A DNA stretch of 44,411 bases from IMG/VR virus record IMGVR_UViG_2711768022_000010, one strand, 5' to 3'. The notes under the pieces were generated by a model. It worked only from the letters and a program-made list of their open reading frames with translations, had not been told where the DNA came from and made no database searches. Below are positions 19,282 to 28,016 of this stretch, one piece after another. How positions within the stretch are numbered: the stretch's first letter is position 1; every line of letters begins with the position of its first letter. Position numbers and translations under genes: made by a program. The DNA is from a virus (lineage: Duplodnaviria; Heunggongvirae; Uroviricota; Caudoviricetes).

Positions 19282-19304
19282 AGCTCGCTACGGCGAGCTT
19301 TTTA
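19282..19304 (+). terminator. Rho-independent terminator after the lipoprotein morons
   Basis: Perfect stem AGCTCGC/GCGAGCT with tetraloop TACG followed by TTTTTAT. Confidence 0.55.
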
Positions 19305-19407
19305 TATTGCATCGTCTCCAGCATATATATCAATTAAGGCTCTGATTGATGTGTCTGAAAGCCTACACATAATAACTATGCCATCCGTTCCGTGCGGAGG
19401 TGAGGCT

Positions 19408-19623
19408 ATGAAATCCATGGACAAAATTTCAACAGGCATTGCCTACGGCACCTCCGCAGGCAGTGCTGGCTACTGGTTTTTACAGTTGCTCGATAGAGTA
19501 ACTCCGTCACAGTGGGCTGCAATCGGTGTGCTGGGTAGTCTGGTATTTGGCCTGCTGACGTACCTGACAAACCTTTATTTCAAGATTAAAGAAGATAAGC
19601 GCAAGGCTGCGAGAGGTGAATAA
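19408..19623 (+). CDS. Class II holin / pinholin, phage 21 S-like, dual-start (MKSM)
   Basis: [71 protein letters not shown] (71 aa) recalled as S21-like; two in-frame Met codons three codons apart; RBS GGAGGTGAGG. Confidence 0.85.
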   Translation: MKSMDKISTGIAYGTSAGSAGYWFLQLLDRVTPSQWAAIGVLGSLVFGLLTYLTNLYFKIKEDKRKAARGE

Positions 19624-20133
19624 TGCCTCCATCATTACGAAAAGTCGTTGCTGCTGCTATTGGTGGCGGAGCAATTGCTATAGCATCAGTGTTAATCACT
19701 GGCCCAAGTGGTAACGATGGTCTGGAAGGTGTCAGCTACATACCATACAAAGATATTGTTGGTGTATGGACTGTATGTCACGGGCATACAGGAAAAGACA
19801 TCATGCTCGGTAAAANNNNNNNNNNNNNNNNNNNNNNNNNNNNNNNNNNNNNNNNNNNNNNNNNNNNNNNNNNNNNNNNNNNNNNNNNNNNNNNNNNNNN
19901 NNNNNNNNNNNNNNNNNNNNNNNNNNNNNNNNNNNNNNNNNNNNNNNNNNNNNNNNNNNNNNNNNNNNNNNNNNNNNNNNNNNNNNNNNNNNNNNNNNNN
20001 NNNNNNNNNNNNNNNNNNNNNNNNNNNNNNNNNNNNNNNNNNNNNNNNNNNNNNNNNNNNNNNNNAGCAATGGAAAGGTCTCATGACTCGTCGTGAGATT
20101 GAGCGTGAAATCTGTTTGTGGGGTCAGCAATGA
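19623..20133 (+). CDS. SAR endolysin (phage 21 R-like lysozyme), interrupted by an assembly gap
   Basis: N-terminus [30 protein letters not shown] (Gly/Ala-rich signal-anchor-release domain) and C-terminus ...[21 protein letters not shown]; 250 N at 19816-20065 breaks the frame, so the two parts appear as separate ORFs. Confidence 0.75.
19816..20065. other. Assembly gap (250 N) inside the endolysin gene
   Basis: Run of n characters; flanking coding frames differ. Confidence 0.99.
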
Positions 20134-20594
20134 ACAGAGTAACCGCGATTATCTCCGCTCTGGTTATCTGCATCATCGTCTGCCTGTCATGGGCTGTTAA
20201 TCATTACCGTGATAACGCCATTACCTACAAAGCCCAGCGCGACAAAAATGCCAGAGAACTGAAGCTGGCGAACGCGGCAATTACTGACATGCAGATGCGT
20301 CAGCGTGATGTTGCTGCGCTCGATGCAAAATACACGAAGGAGTTAGCTGATGCGAAAGCTGAAAATGATGCTCTGCGTGATGATGTTGCCGCTGGTCGTC
20401 GTCGGTTGCACATCAAAGCAGTCTGTCAGTCAGTGCGTGAAGCCACCACCGCCTCCGGCGTGGATAATGCAGCCTCCCCCCGACTGGCAGACACCGCTGA
20501 ACGGGATTATTTCACCCTCCGGGAACGACTGGTAATGATGCAGGCCCAACTTGAAGGTGCTCAGCAATACATAACCGAGCAGTGTTTAAAGTAA
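20130..20594 (+). CDS. Rz-like inner-membrane spanin (i-spanin)
   Basis: [22 protein letters not shown]-terminal TMD followed by coiled-coil; ATGA overlap with endolysin stop. Confidence 0.85.
   Translation: MNRVTAIISALVICIIVCLSWAVNHYRDNAITYKAQRDKNARELKLANAAITDMQMRQRDVAALDAKYTKELADAKAENDALRDDVAAGRRRLHIKAVCQSVREATTASGVDNAASPRLADTAERDYFTLRERLVMMQAQLEGAQQYITEQCLK
20350..20535 (+). CDS. Rz1-like outer-membrane lipoprotein spanin (o-spanin), embedded in Rz in another frame
   Basis: 61 aa; signal peptide with lipobox VVGC; proline-rich mature part ([16 protein letters not shown]); fully nested in the Rz gene. Confidence 0.8.
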   Translation: MRKLKMMLCVMMLPLVVVGCTSKQSVSQCVKPPPPPAWIMQPPPDWQTPLNGIISPSGNDW

Positions 20595-20731
20595 AATCTT
20601 AACTACAATATGATTCATTTTGATGATTGTTTCATAAGGAACAGTGAAGTAAGATCTAAGAGGAGTTAAATTTTATACAGTATAATCATAATATTGCAGC
20701 AAGGTGGTTATAATTGAAAGAATATTTAGAT

Positions 20732-22189
20732 ATGAATACATCTCATGTAAGAGTTGTTACTCATATGTGTGGGTTCCTGGTTTGGCTCTATAGTCTTTCA
20801 ATGTTGCCACCAATGGTTGTAGCATTGTTTTATAAAGAAAAAAGCCTGTTCGTTTTCTTTATAACTTTCGTTATATTTTTTTGCATTGGTGGCGGAGCGT
20901 GGTATACAACTAAGAAATCTGGCATTCAATTACGTACCCGTGATGGGTTTATTATAATTGTAATGTTTTGGATTTTGTTTTCTGTTATTAGTGCATTCCC
21001 TTTATGGATTGACTCAGAACTTAATTTAACGTTCATTGATGCTCTGTTTGAAGGGGTTTCTGGAATAACAACAACAGGAGCAACTGTAATTGATGATGTT
21101 AGTTCATTACCTCGGGCATATTTGTACTATCGGTCACAGTTAAATTTTATAGGTGGTTTAGGAGTTATTGTTCTGGCGGTTGCAGTATTGCCATTATTGG
21201 GTATTGGTGGTGCAAAGCTTTATCAGTCAGAAATGCCGGGGCCATTTAAGGATGACAAACTCACTCCCCGCCTGGCCGATACGTCACGGACACTGTGGAT
21301 AACTTATTCTTTATTAGGTATTGCTTGTATTGTCTGTTATAGACTTGCAGGAATGCCTTTGTTTGATGCTATTTGTCACGGGATTTCCACAGTTTCGCTT
21401 GGTGGTTTCTCAACTCATAGCGAGAGTATCGGATATTTTAATAACTATTTGGTTGAGCTGGTGGCTGGTTCTTTTTCCCTGCTATCGGCTTTCAACTTCA
21501 CTCTTTGGTATATTGTTATTAGCAGAAAAACGATAAAACCTTTAATCAGAGATATTGAACTTCGTTTCTTTCTGTTAATAGCCTTAGGGGTGATCATTGT
21601 TACCTCTTTCCAGGTCTGGCATATAGGTATGTATGACTTGCATGGAAGTTTTATTCATTCGTTTTTTCTTGCCAGCTCCATGCTCACTGATAATGGTTTA
21701 GCTACGCAGGATTATGCAAACTGGCCCACGCACACGATAGTGTTTTTGCTGTTGTCAAGTTTCTTTGGGGGATGTATAGGTTCAACCTGTGGTGGAATTA
21801 AGTCACTTCGATTTCTTATACTTTTCAAACAAAGCAAACACGAGATAAATCAGCTTTCTCATCCCAGAGCGTTGTTGAGTGTAAATGTAGGAGGGAAGAT
21901 AGTTACAGATCGTGTAATGAGGTCTGTATGGAGTTTCTTTTTTCTTTATACTCTCTTCACGGTGTTTTTTATACTGGTGTTAAATGGTATGGGATATGAT
22001 TTTCTTACATCATTTGCAACAGTGGCTGCATGTATTAATAATATGGGATTAGGTTTTGGGGCTACTGCATCGTCATTCGGAGTGCTTAATGACATTGCAA
22101 AATATTTAATGTGCATAGCTATGATTCTTGGTCGCCTTGAAATTTATCCTGTTATTATATTGTTTTCAGGTTTTTTTTGGCGCTCCTAA
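20732..22189 (+). CDS. trkG: TrkG potassium uptake transporter (prophage moron)
   Basis: 485 aa from MNTSHVRVV; multi-pass membrane protein with repeated pore-loop GxG-containing segments; visibly AT-rich; known Rac cargo gene. Confidence 0.9.
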   Translation: MNTSHVRVVTHMCGFLVWLYSLSMLPPMVVALFYKEKSLFVFFITFVIFFCIGGGAWYTTKKSGIQLRTRDGFIIIVMFWILFSVISAFPLWIDSELNLTFIDALFEGVSGITTTGATVIDDVSSLPRAYLYYRSQLNFIGGLGVIVLAVAVLPLLGIGGAKLYQSEMPGPFKDDKLTPRLADTSRTLWITYSLLGIACIVCYRLAGMPLFDAICHGISTVSLGGFSTHSESIGYFNNYLVELVAGSFSLLSAFNFTLWYIVISRKTIKPLIRDIELRFFLLIALGVIIVTSFQVWHIGMYDLHGSFIHSFFLASSMLTDNGLATQDYANWPTHTIVFLLLSSFFGGCIGSTCGGIKSLRFLILFKQSKHEINQLSHPRALLSVNVGGKIVTDRVMRSVWSFFFLYTLFTVFFILVLNGMGYDFLTSFATVAACINNMGLGFGATASSFGVLNDIAKYLMCIAMILGRLEIYPVIILFSGFFWRS

Positions 22190-22326
22190 TATATGGCTGA
22201 TTTATAATTGTGAGTTTAATATTATGTTGACTCACTCATTGATCCAATACCTAACTTTACCAGCAACACCTCCGCCCCCAGTAGCACTGGCTGCTGGGGT
22301 GCGTTTTATTCATAAAGCAAGGCTGT

Positions 22327-23115
22327 ATGAGCGAGAAATTAAAGATAGTCTATCGCCCATTACAAGAATTGTCACCGTATGCGCACAACGCCAGGACGCA
22401 CAGTACTGAGCAGGTGGCACAACTGGTAGAAAGTATTAAGCAATTCGGCTGGACTAATCCGGTGCTGATTGACGAAAAGGGCGAAATTATTGCGGGTCAC
22501 GGTCGTGTTATGGCGGCTGAAATGCTCAAAATGGATTCTGTTCCGGTCATTGTTCTGTCTGGCCTGACGGATGAGCAGAAAAAGGCGTACCGCCTGGCAG
22601 ATAATCGCCTGCCGATGAATGCTGGCTGGGATGAAGATCTGTTGCGGATGGAGCTGTCGGACCTAATCAATGCTGATTTTGATGTCTCCCTGACAGGCTT
22701 CATCCCGGCAGAAATTGATGAACTGTTGACGGATGTTTTGCCCGGTACAGGAAATGAGGAGGAGCCGTATACGACGAAAATTGATACGCCTGTTTATGAG
22801 CCGTCAGGCGGTAAACCGGATATCAGTGAACTGTACGACGATACGAAAACTCAGGAGCTGATCAGCCGGATACGTTCGGCGTCCCTTGATCCTGATATTG
22901 AGAAATTCCTCCTGTGTGCAGCAGAACGTCACACGGTGTTTAATTTCAGCAGAATTGCGGACTATTACGCTCATGCCCCCGCTGAAATTCAGTGCCTTTT
23001 CGAGGAGTCGGCGCTGGTGATCATTGATTATCAGCAGGCTATTGAAAATGGATTTGTCCGAATGACGCAGCGCATGGTGGAGATCATGCATGGCGGGGAG
23101 GAGGAATATGCGTGA
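22327..23115 (+). CDS. ParB-like nuclease domain protein (YnaK-family, full length)
   Basis: N-terminal ParB/Srx-like region (PYAHNARTH..., IIAGHGRVMAA); located just upstream of the packaging genes as in many phages. Confidence 0.7.
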   Translation: MSEKLKIVYRPLQELSPYAHNARTHSTEQVAQLVESIKQFGWTNPVLIDEKGEIIAGHGRVMAAEMLKMDSVPVIVLSGLTDEQKKAYRLADNRLPMNAGWDEDLLRMELSDLINADFDVSLTGFIPAEIDELLTDVLPGTGNEEEPYTTKIDTPVYEPSGGKPDISELYDDTKTQELISRIRSASLDPDIEKFLLCAAERHTVFNFSRIADYYAHAPAEIQCLFEESALVIIDYQQAIENGFVRMTQRMVEIMHGGEEEYA

Positions 23116-24040
23116 TGATTTTTGCGCCTTTATTCTGACTCACGGGCGACCGGACAAAGTTCTGACTTACCGGACGTTGCGTCGTGCTGGCTATACCGGG
23201 AAAATTTTTATCGTTGTTGATGATGAAGATAAGACACGGCATCAGTACATGGCTGAATTTGGTGAACAGGTGCTGGTATTTTCCAAAGCCGATATTGCTA
23301 GTCGTTTTGACGAAGCCGATAATTTTAGTGACCGCCGCTCAATTTTTTACGCCCGTAATGCCTGTTTCGACCAGGCAAAACTGGTCGGGTGTAAATACTT
23401 CATTCAGCTCGATGATGATTATCACGAGTTCCAGTTTCGGGTGGATCGCAACTATGACCAGGCCTATTTCCCGATAAGGAAACTGGATGAGATCCTTTCT
23501 GAAATGCTTGCGTACTACGAATCAATACCTGCTCTTTCCATCGCTATGTCGCAGGGCGGGGATTTTCTTGGTGACAATGGCGGCCATGCTTCGTGGGTGA
23601 AACGCAAGGCAATGAACAGCTTTATCTGTTCGGTTGATCGACCGTTCTCATTCATGGGGCGCATTAACGAGGATGTGAATACGTACACGAATCTCGGTCG
23701 CTGTGGTGAATTGTTTATGACGATCGGTGCTGTCCAGTTAGGGCAGAAACAGACGCAGAAAAACAGCGGCGGAATGACCGAGCTGTATCTGGATTCCGGA
23801 ACCTACGTTAAAAGTTTTTACTCCGTCATGTATGCGCCGTCGTGCGTAAAAATCTCACTTATGGGTGCCAGTCATAAACGCATTCACCATCAGGTCACCT
23901 GGAACAACGCTGCAGTAAAAATCCTTCACGAAAAATACAGGAAGAAGACACCCTGCATATCAATGGGGGTGACAAATGATTCCGTATTCGAAAGTCGAGT
24001 CTCTGGCAGCGTGCCGGATGACTGCACAACAAATCGCTGA
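23108..24040 (+). CDS. Hypothetical protein with DxD-like motif (possible GT-A-type transferase)
   Basis: ATG 23108 after GGGGAGGAGGA RBS; contains FIQLDDDYHEF (DxD-like) and a Rossmann-like start GKIFIVVDDED; functional assignment is inference only. Confidence 0.6.
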   Translation: MRDDFCAFILTHGRPDKVLTYRTLRRAGYTGKIFIVVDDEDKTRHQYMAEFGEQVLVFSKADIASRFDEADNFSDRRSIFYARNACFDQAKLVGCKYFIQLDDDYHEFQFRVDRNYDQAYFPIRKLDEILSEMLAYYESIPALSIAMSQGGDFLGDNGGHASWVKRKAMNSFICSVDRPFSFMGRINEDVNTYTNLGRCGELFMTIGAVQLGQKQTQKNSGGMTELYLDSGTYVKSFYSVMYAPSCVKISLMGASHKRIHHQVTWNNAAVKILHEKYRKKTPCISMGVTNDSVFESRVSGSVPDDCTTNR

Positions 24041-24227
24041 CGTTCTGGATGTTGATCTGAACCGACTGAAAGAAAATCGGGAAGCAATGACAGATTTTTA
24101 TGCGGCCATCCGTAAGGGCAGAGCGAAAGGTGAAGCCGAGTTACGAGCGGCATTGTTTAAGCTTGCCAGAAAAGGGGATGCCTTTGCTCTGCGCGAACTA
24201 CTCAGGGTGGATAAAAATCAGGACTAA
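23976..24227 (+). CDS. Small hypothetical protein (possible HTH)
   Basis: 83-aa ORF overlapping the 3' end of the upstream gene by 65 nt; no clear RBS; may start at an internal Met. Confidence 0.35.
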   Translation: MIPYSKVESLAACRMTAQQIADVLDVDLNRLKENREAMTDFYAAIRKGRAKGEAELRAALFKLARKGDAFALRELLRVDKNQD

Positions 24228-24230
24228 CTG

Positions 24231-25325
24231 ATGAGCAGACCGGACTGGGGGGCGTTGCAGCAGGAGTATATTGCTGAATACACCCGCTCCGGTATATCTC
24301 CGGTGGCATGGTGTGAAGCAAGGGGACTGAATTACGCAACAGCCCGTCGTTACATCAAAAAAACTCCGAAAAATGCGCAGACAGAAATGTGCAAAACTGC
24401 GCAAAAAAGTGCGCAGAAAAAATCTGCGCAGACTGCACAAAAGCGGAACGAAAAATCTCAGGAAAAAAAGCCAGTATTCGATGCGGGCCTGAATGAGGGC
24501 GACGCGGAGGAATTTTCGTTCTGTCCCGATGAATTCGGCATTTCTGACCAGCAGGCTAAGTTTGCGATGCTTGTTGCTCAGGGTAAAAAGCCGACAGAGG
24601 CGTACCGACTAGCCGGTTATGAGGGGCAAGGTGCGACAGCTAACAGCAACGCCAGTCGTATGCTTAGAAATGCCAGGGTTTTTCGCGCTATCAGCTACTT
24701 CCGCAATCAGTACCAGAAACGCTATACCGCAGACCTGGATTTACTAGTGAGTCAGTTGATGGCTATTGTCCTGGCCGACCCCAATCAGCTTGCACAATTT
24801 CGCCGTGTTAACTGCCGTTATTGCTGGGGCGAGAATCATCTCTACCAGTGGCGCGATATAGCAGAATTCGACAAGGCAGCGGCGCAGGCTTCCAGAGATG
24901 GCAAACCCGAACCGGAATATGGAGGCCTCGGCTTTGTTGATAACGCCATACCCAATCCGGACTGCCCGAAGTGCTGCGGTGAGGGAACGGGACAGCTTTA
25001 TATGGCTGATACCACTCTGCTTGATGGGGATGCGCGGCAATTATATGCAGGGGCAAAATTCGGAAAATTCGGCGTTGAGATCCTGCTGGAGGATAAGGCT
25101 GCCGCCCGGCGTGAATTGTTGCGTTTGTTTTCTGCTGGCGGGGCTTTATGTGCAGATAAGCGGCTACGGGAACTGGAAATTGAACGGCGCAGAATGGAAA
25201 ACCAGAAGCTGCGCAAAGAGATCGAAACGGTGGAAGATAATGAACATCCCCAGCCTGTGGCGATCAATATTAATGTGGTTGATGCCAGAGTAAGGAGTGA
25301 TGAAGATGATCTCTCCGACGCTTAA
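24231..25325 (+). CDS. Putative terminase small subunit / DNA-packaging protein
   Basis: N-terminal HTH-like segment (ARGLNYATARRYIKK), low-complexity AQKSAQKK repeat, coiled-coil C-terminus; immediately upstream of, and overlapping, the large terminase gene. Confidence 0.55.
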   Translation: MSRPDWGALQQEYIAEYTRSGISPVAWCEARGLNYATARRYIKKTPKNAQTEMCKTAQKSAQKKSAQTAQKRNEKSQEKKPVFDAGLNEGDAEEFSFCPDEFGISDQQAKFAMLVAQGKKPTEAYRLAGYEGQGATANSNASRMLRNARVFRAISYFRNQYQKRYTADLDLLVSQLMAIVLADPNQLAQFRRVNCRYCWGENHLYQWRDIAEFDKAAAQASRDGKPEPEYGGLGFVDNAIPNPDCPKCCGEGTGQLYMADTTLLDGDARQLYAGAKFGKFGVEILLEDKAAARRELLRLFSAGGALCADKRLRELEIERRRMENQKLRKEIETVEDNEHPQPVAININVVDARVRSDEDDLSDA

Positions 25326-26607
25326 TGTGCCTCAGGCGCGATTTCTTTCAATGCCCCATAAATTTAAAGCCTATATTGCTGGTTTTGGCTCGGGCAAAAC
25401 ATGGGTTGGGTGTGGCGGCATATGCAAGGGGATTTGGGAGCATCCAGGTATAAATCAGGGATATTTTGCGCCAACGTATCCCCAAATTCGCGATATTTTT
25501 TACCCTACAGTGGAAGAAGTTGCTGCTGACTGGGGATTGAACGTAAAAATTAATGAGGGAAATAAAGAGGTTCACTTTTATTACGGACGCCAGTATCGGG
25601 GAACCACTATCTGCAGATCGATGGAGAAGCCACAAACGATCGTCGGTTTCAAAATTGGTAATGCGTTGGTGGATGAACTGGACATTTTGCCGAAGGAAAA
25701 AGCCAGAACGGCGTGGCGCAAGATAATTGCACGTATGCGTTATAAGATTGATGGACTTCGCAACGGTATTGACGTTACAACCACGCCGGAAGGATTCAAA
25801 TTTGTCTACGAGCAGTTTGTTAAAGCCGTGCGTGAAAAAACAGAGCTGGCCTCACTGTATGGTCTGGTGCAGGCATCTACTTTCGATAATGAAAAGAACC
25901 TGCCAGCAGATTACATTCCTTCGCTTCTTGAATCATACCCTCCAGAGCTGATTAAAGCCTATCTTCGAGGACAGTTTACTAACCTGACAAGTGGTACTGT
26001 TTACCATCAGTTTGACCGGAAACTGAATAATTGCGAAGAAGTGGAGCAGCCAGGGGAGCCGATTTATATTGGGATGGATTTTAACGTTGGAAAGATGGCG
26101 GGAATCGTCCATGTGCTGCGTTTGGGGCTTCCATGTGCGGTAACTGAAATCATCAATGCCTACGATACGCCGGATATGATCCGCATCATTAAAGAACGCT
26201 TCTGGCTGTATGATGGGAATGATTACCGGAAAGTGAGGGAAATTTATATTTATCCAGATGCTTCCGGGGATTCCAGAAAATCAAGTAACGCAAGTACGAC
26301 GGATATAGCCCAGCTTAAGCAGGCTGGTTTTAACGTTGTGGTGAACAGCTCGAACCCGCCAGTAAAAGATCGCGTTAACTCAATGAATGCAATGTTCTGC
26401 AATGCCAATGGTGAGCGTCGCTATAAAGTTAATGTGAAGCGTTGCCCGTTATATGCCGAATCTCTGGAGCAACAGGTCTGGGATGAGAAGGGGGAGCCTG
26501 ATAAAAAATCTGGCAATGATCACCCGAATGATGCCGGAGGTTATTTCATCGTTAAGCAATTCCCTATTGTCAAACCGACCGGAAGAGTCACATCACTTCG
26601 GATTTAA
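25297..26607 (+). CDS. Terminase large subunit
   Basis: 436 aa; Walker A AGFGSGKTW near N-terminus; followed directly by a portal-like gene. Confidence 0.85.
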   Translation: MMKMISPTLNVPQARFLSMPHKFKAYIAGFGSGKTWVGCGGICKGIWEHPGINQGYFAPTYPQIRDIFYPTVEEVAADWGLNVKINEGNKEVHFYYGRQYRGTTICRSMEKPQTIVGFKIGNALVDELDILPKEKARTAWRKIIARMRYKIDGLRNGIDVTTTPEGFKFVYEQFVKAVREKTELASLYGLVQASTFDNEKNLPADYIPSLLESYPPELIKAYLRGQFTNLTSGTVYHQFDRKLNNCEEVEQPGEPIYIGMDFNVGKMAGIVHVLRLGLPCAVTEIINAYDTPDMIRIIKERFWLYDGNDYRKVREIYIYPDASGDSRKSSNASTTDIAQLKQAGFNVVVNSSNPPVKDRVNSMNAMFCNANGERRYKVNVKRCPLYAESLEQQVWDEKGEPDKKSGNDHPNDAGGYFIVKQFPIVKPTGRVTSLRI

Positions 26608-26609
26608 TT

Positions 26610-28016
26610 ATGGCTGATATATCAACACCCAACCTCGACTATAACGATATGCTGGAGGCGTGGGATATTAACGACGCACTGATGGGCGGTACGCTTGAAA
26701 TGCGCAGGCAGGGGGAAAATTATCTCCCAAAATGGCCTAACGAAGATGAAGACGCTTATAAAAAACGCCTGTCTGTGGCTACGCTACTTCCTGTGTATGA
26801 AGAAAGCATCAAGCAAAATATTGGGCGCATATTTGCAGAGCCGACAGTATTGAGTGAGGAAACGCCGGCAAAAATCAGGGAATATGCAGAAAATATCGAC
26901 ATGGAGGGGAGCCGACTGGATGTGTGGGCGCAGCAATTTTTCAGCCTCGCATTTCAGTATGGTGTGGCACATGCGCTGGTGGACTATCCACGAACGGATA
27001 TGAAAGAGATTCGGACAAAAGCCGATGAAAACGCGACCGGTGGTCGTCCGTACGTTACGATGCTGAATCCACGCCAGGTTATTGGATGGAAATCGAAAGT
27101 TGAAAAAGGGAAAGTTGTTCTCACTGATTTGCGTATAAAAGAGGTCATCATTATTGATGGTGATGATTTCGGGCAGAAGAAGGTGGAGCAGATCCGCCAT
27201 ATTATGCCCCGTCGAGTTGAAATTTATCGACGTAGCGAAGGCACTAATGGCGAATCTGTCTGGACGCTTCATGAGTCATGGAATACCAGCCGTGATGATA
27301 TTCCTCTGGTAACACTGTACACGAAGAAAACAGGATTTATGCGTGGTACACCGCCATTGCTTAATCTTGGCTTGCTGAATATCAAGCACTGGCAAAGCCA
27401 GAGCGAGCAGGACAATATTCTTCATGTTGCCCGCGTTCCATTGCTGGTGGCCTACGGGCTGGACAGGAATGAAGAACTGACGGTTGGTGCATCCACCGCT
27501 ACGATTTTTGAGGACAGAACAAAAAATGGCCTCGAATATGTTGAACATAGTGGCGCAGCGATAGAATCTGGCGAAACATCACTTGAGAAGCTGGAAAATC
27601 AGATGCGTCATGCCGGCGCTAAACTTCTGCGTGCTGAAAATACATCCACCAAATCTGTTGATCAGACTAATGAAGAGCGAATGCAGGAAAACTCGCCGCT
27701 TTATACAATGGCGAACTCCCTCGAAGATGCCCTCGATAATATTCTCCAGATAATGGCGGAATGGATCGGAGAGAGTTGCGGTGGCAATGTGGATGTGCGC
27801 ACTGAACTGGATGTATCTGCCCAGGTGTTTGACTCATCCTCCGCGCTGGCTGTTCAGTCATTGCGTCAGGGCGGTGATATACGTCAGATTGATGCGGTTC
27901 GGGTGTTGCAGGCGTTGAAATTTATCGATCAGGATTCCCGTCCAGAGGAAGTGATCGATGAATTAAAAAATCAGAGTGTAATGCTGATGGAAATCAATGA
28001 TGCAAACCGTGAATGA
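26610..28016 (+). CDS. Portal protein
   Basis: 468-aa ORF between large terminase and a Mu F-like head morphogenesis gene; size and position typical of portals. Confidence 0.75.
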   Translation: MADISTPNLDYNDMLEAWDINDALMGGTLEMRRQGENYLPKWPNEDEDAYKKRLSVATLLPVYEESIKQNIGRIFAEPTVLSEETPAKIREYAENIDMEGSRLDVWAQQFFSLAFQYGVAHALVDYPRTDMKEIRTKADENATGGRPYVTMLNPRQVIGWKSKVEKGKVVLTDLRIKEVIIIDGDDFGQKKVEQIRHIMPRRVEIYRRSEGTNGESVWTLHESWNTSRDDIPLVTLYTKKTGFMRGTPPLLNLGLLNIKHWQSQSEQDNILHVARVPLLVAYGLDRNEELTVGASTATIFEDRTKNGLEYVEHSGAAIESGETSLEKLENQMRHAGAKLLRAENTSTKSVDQTNEERMQENSPLYTMANSLEDALDNILQIMAEWIGESCGGNVDVRTELDVSAQVFDSSSALAVQSLRQGGDIRQIDAVRVLQALKFIDQDSRPEEVIDELKNQSVMLMEINDANRE

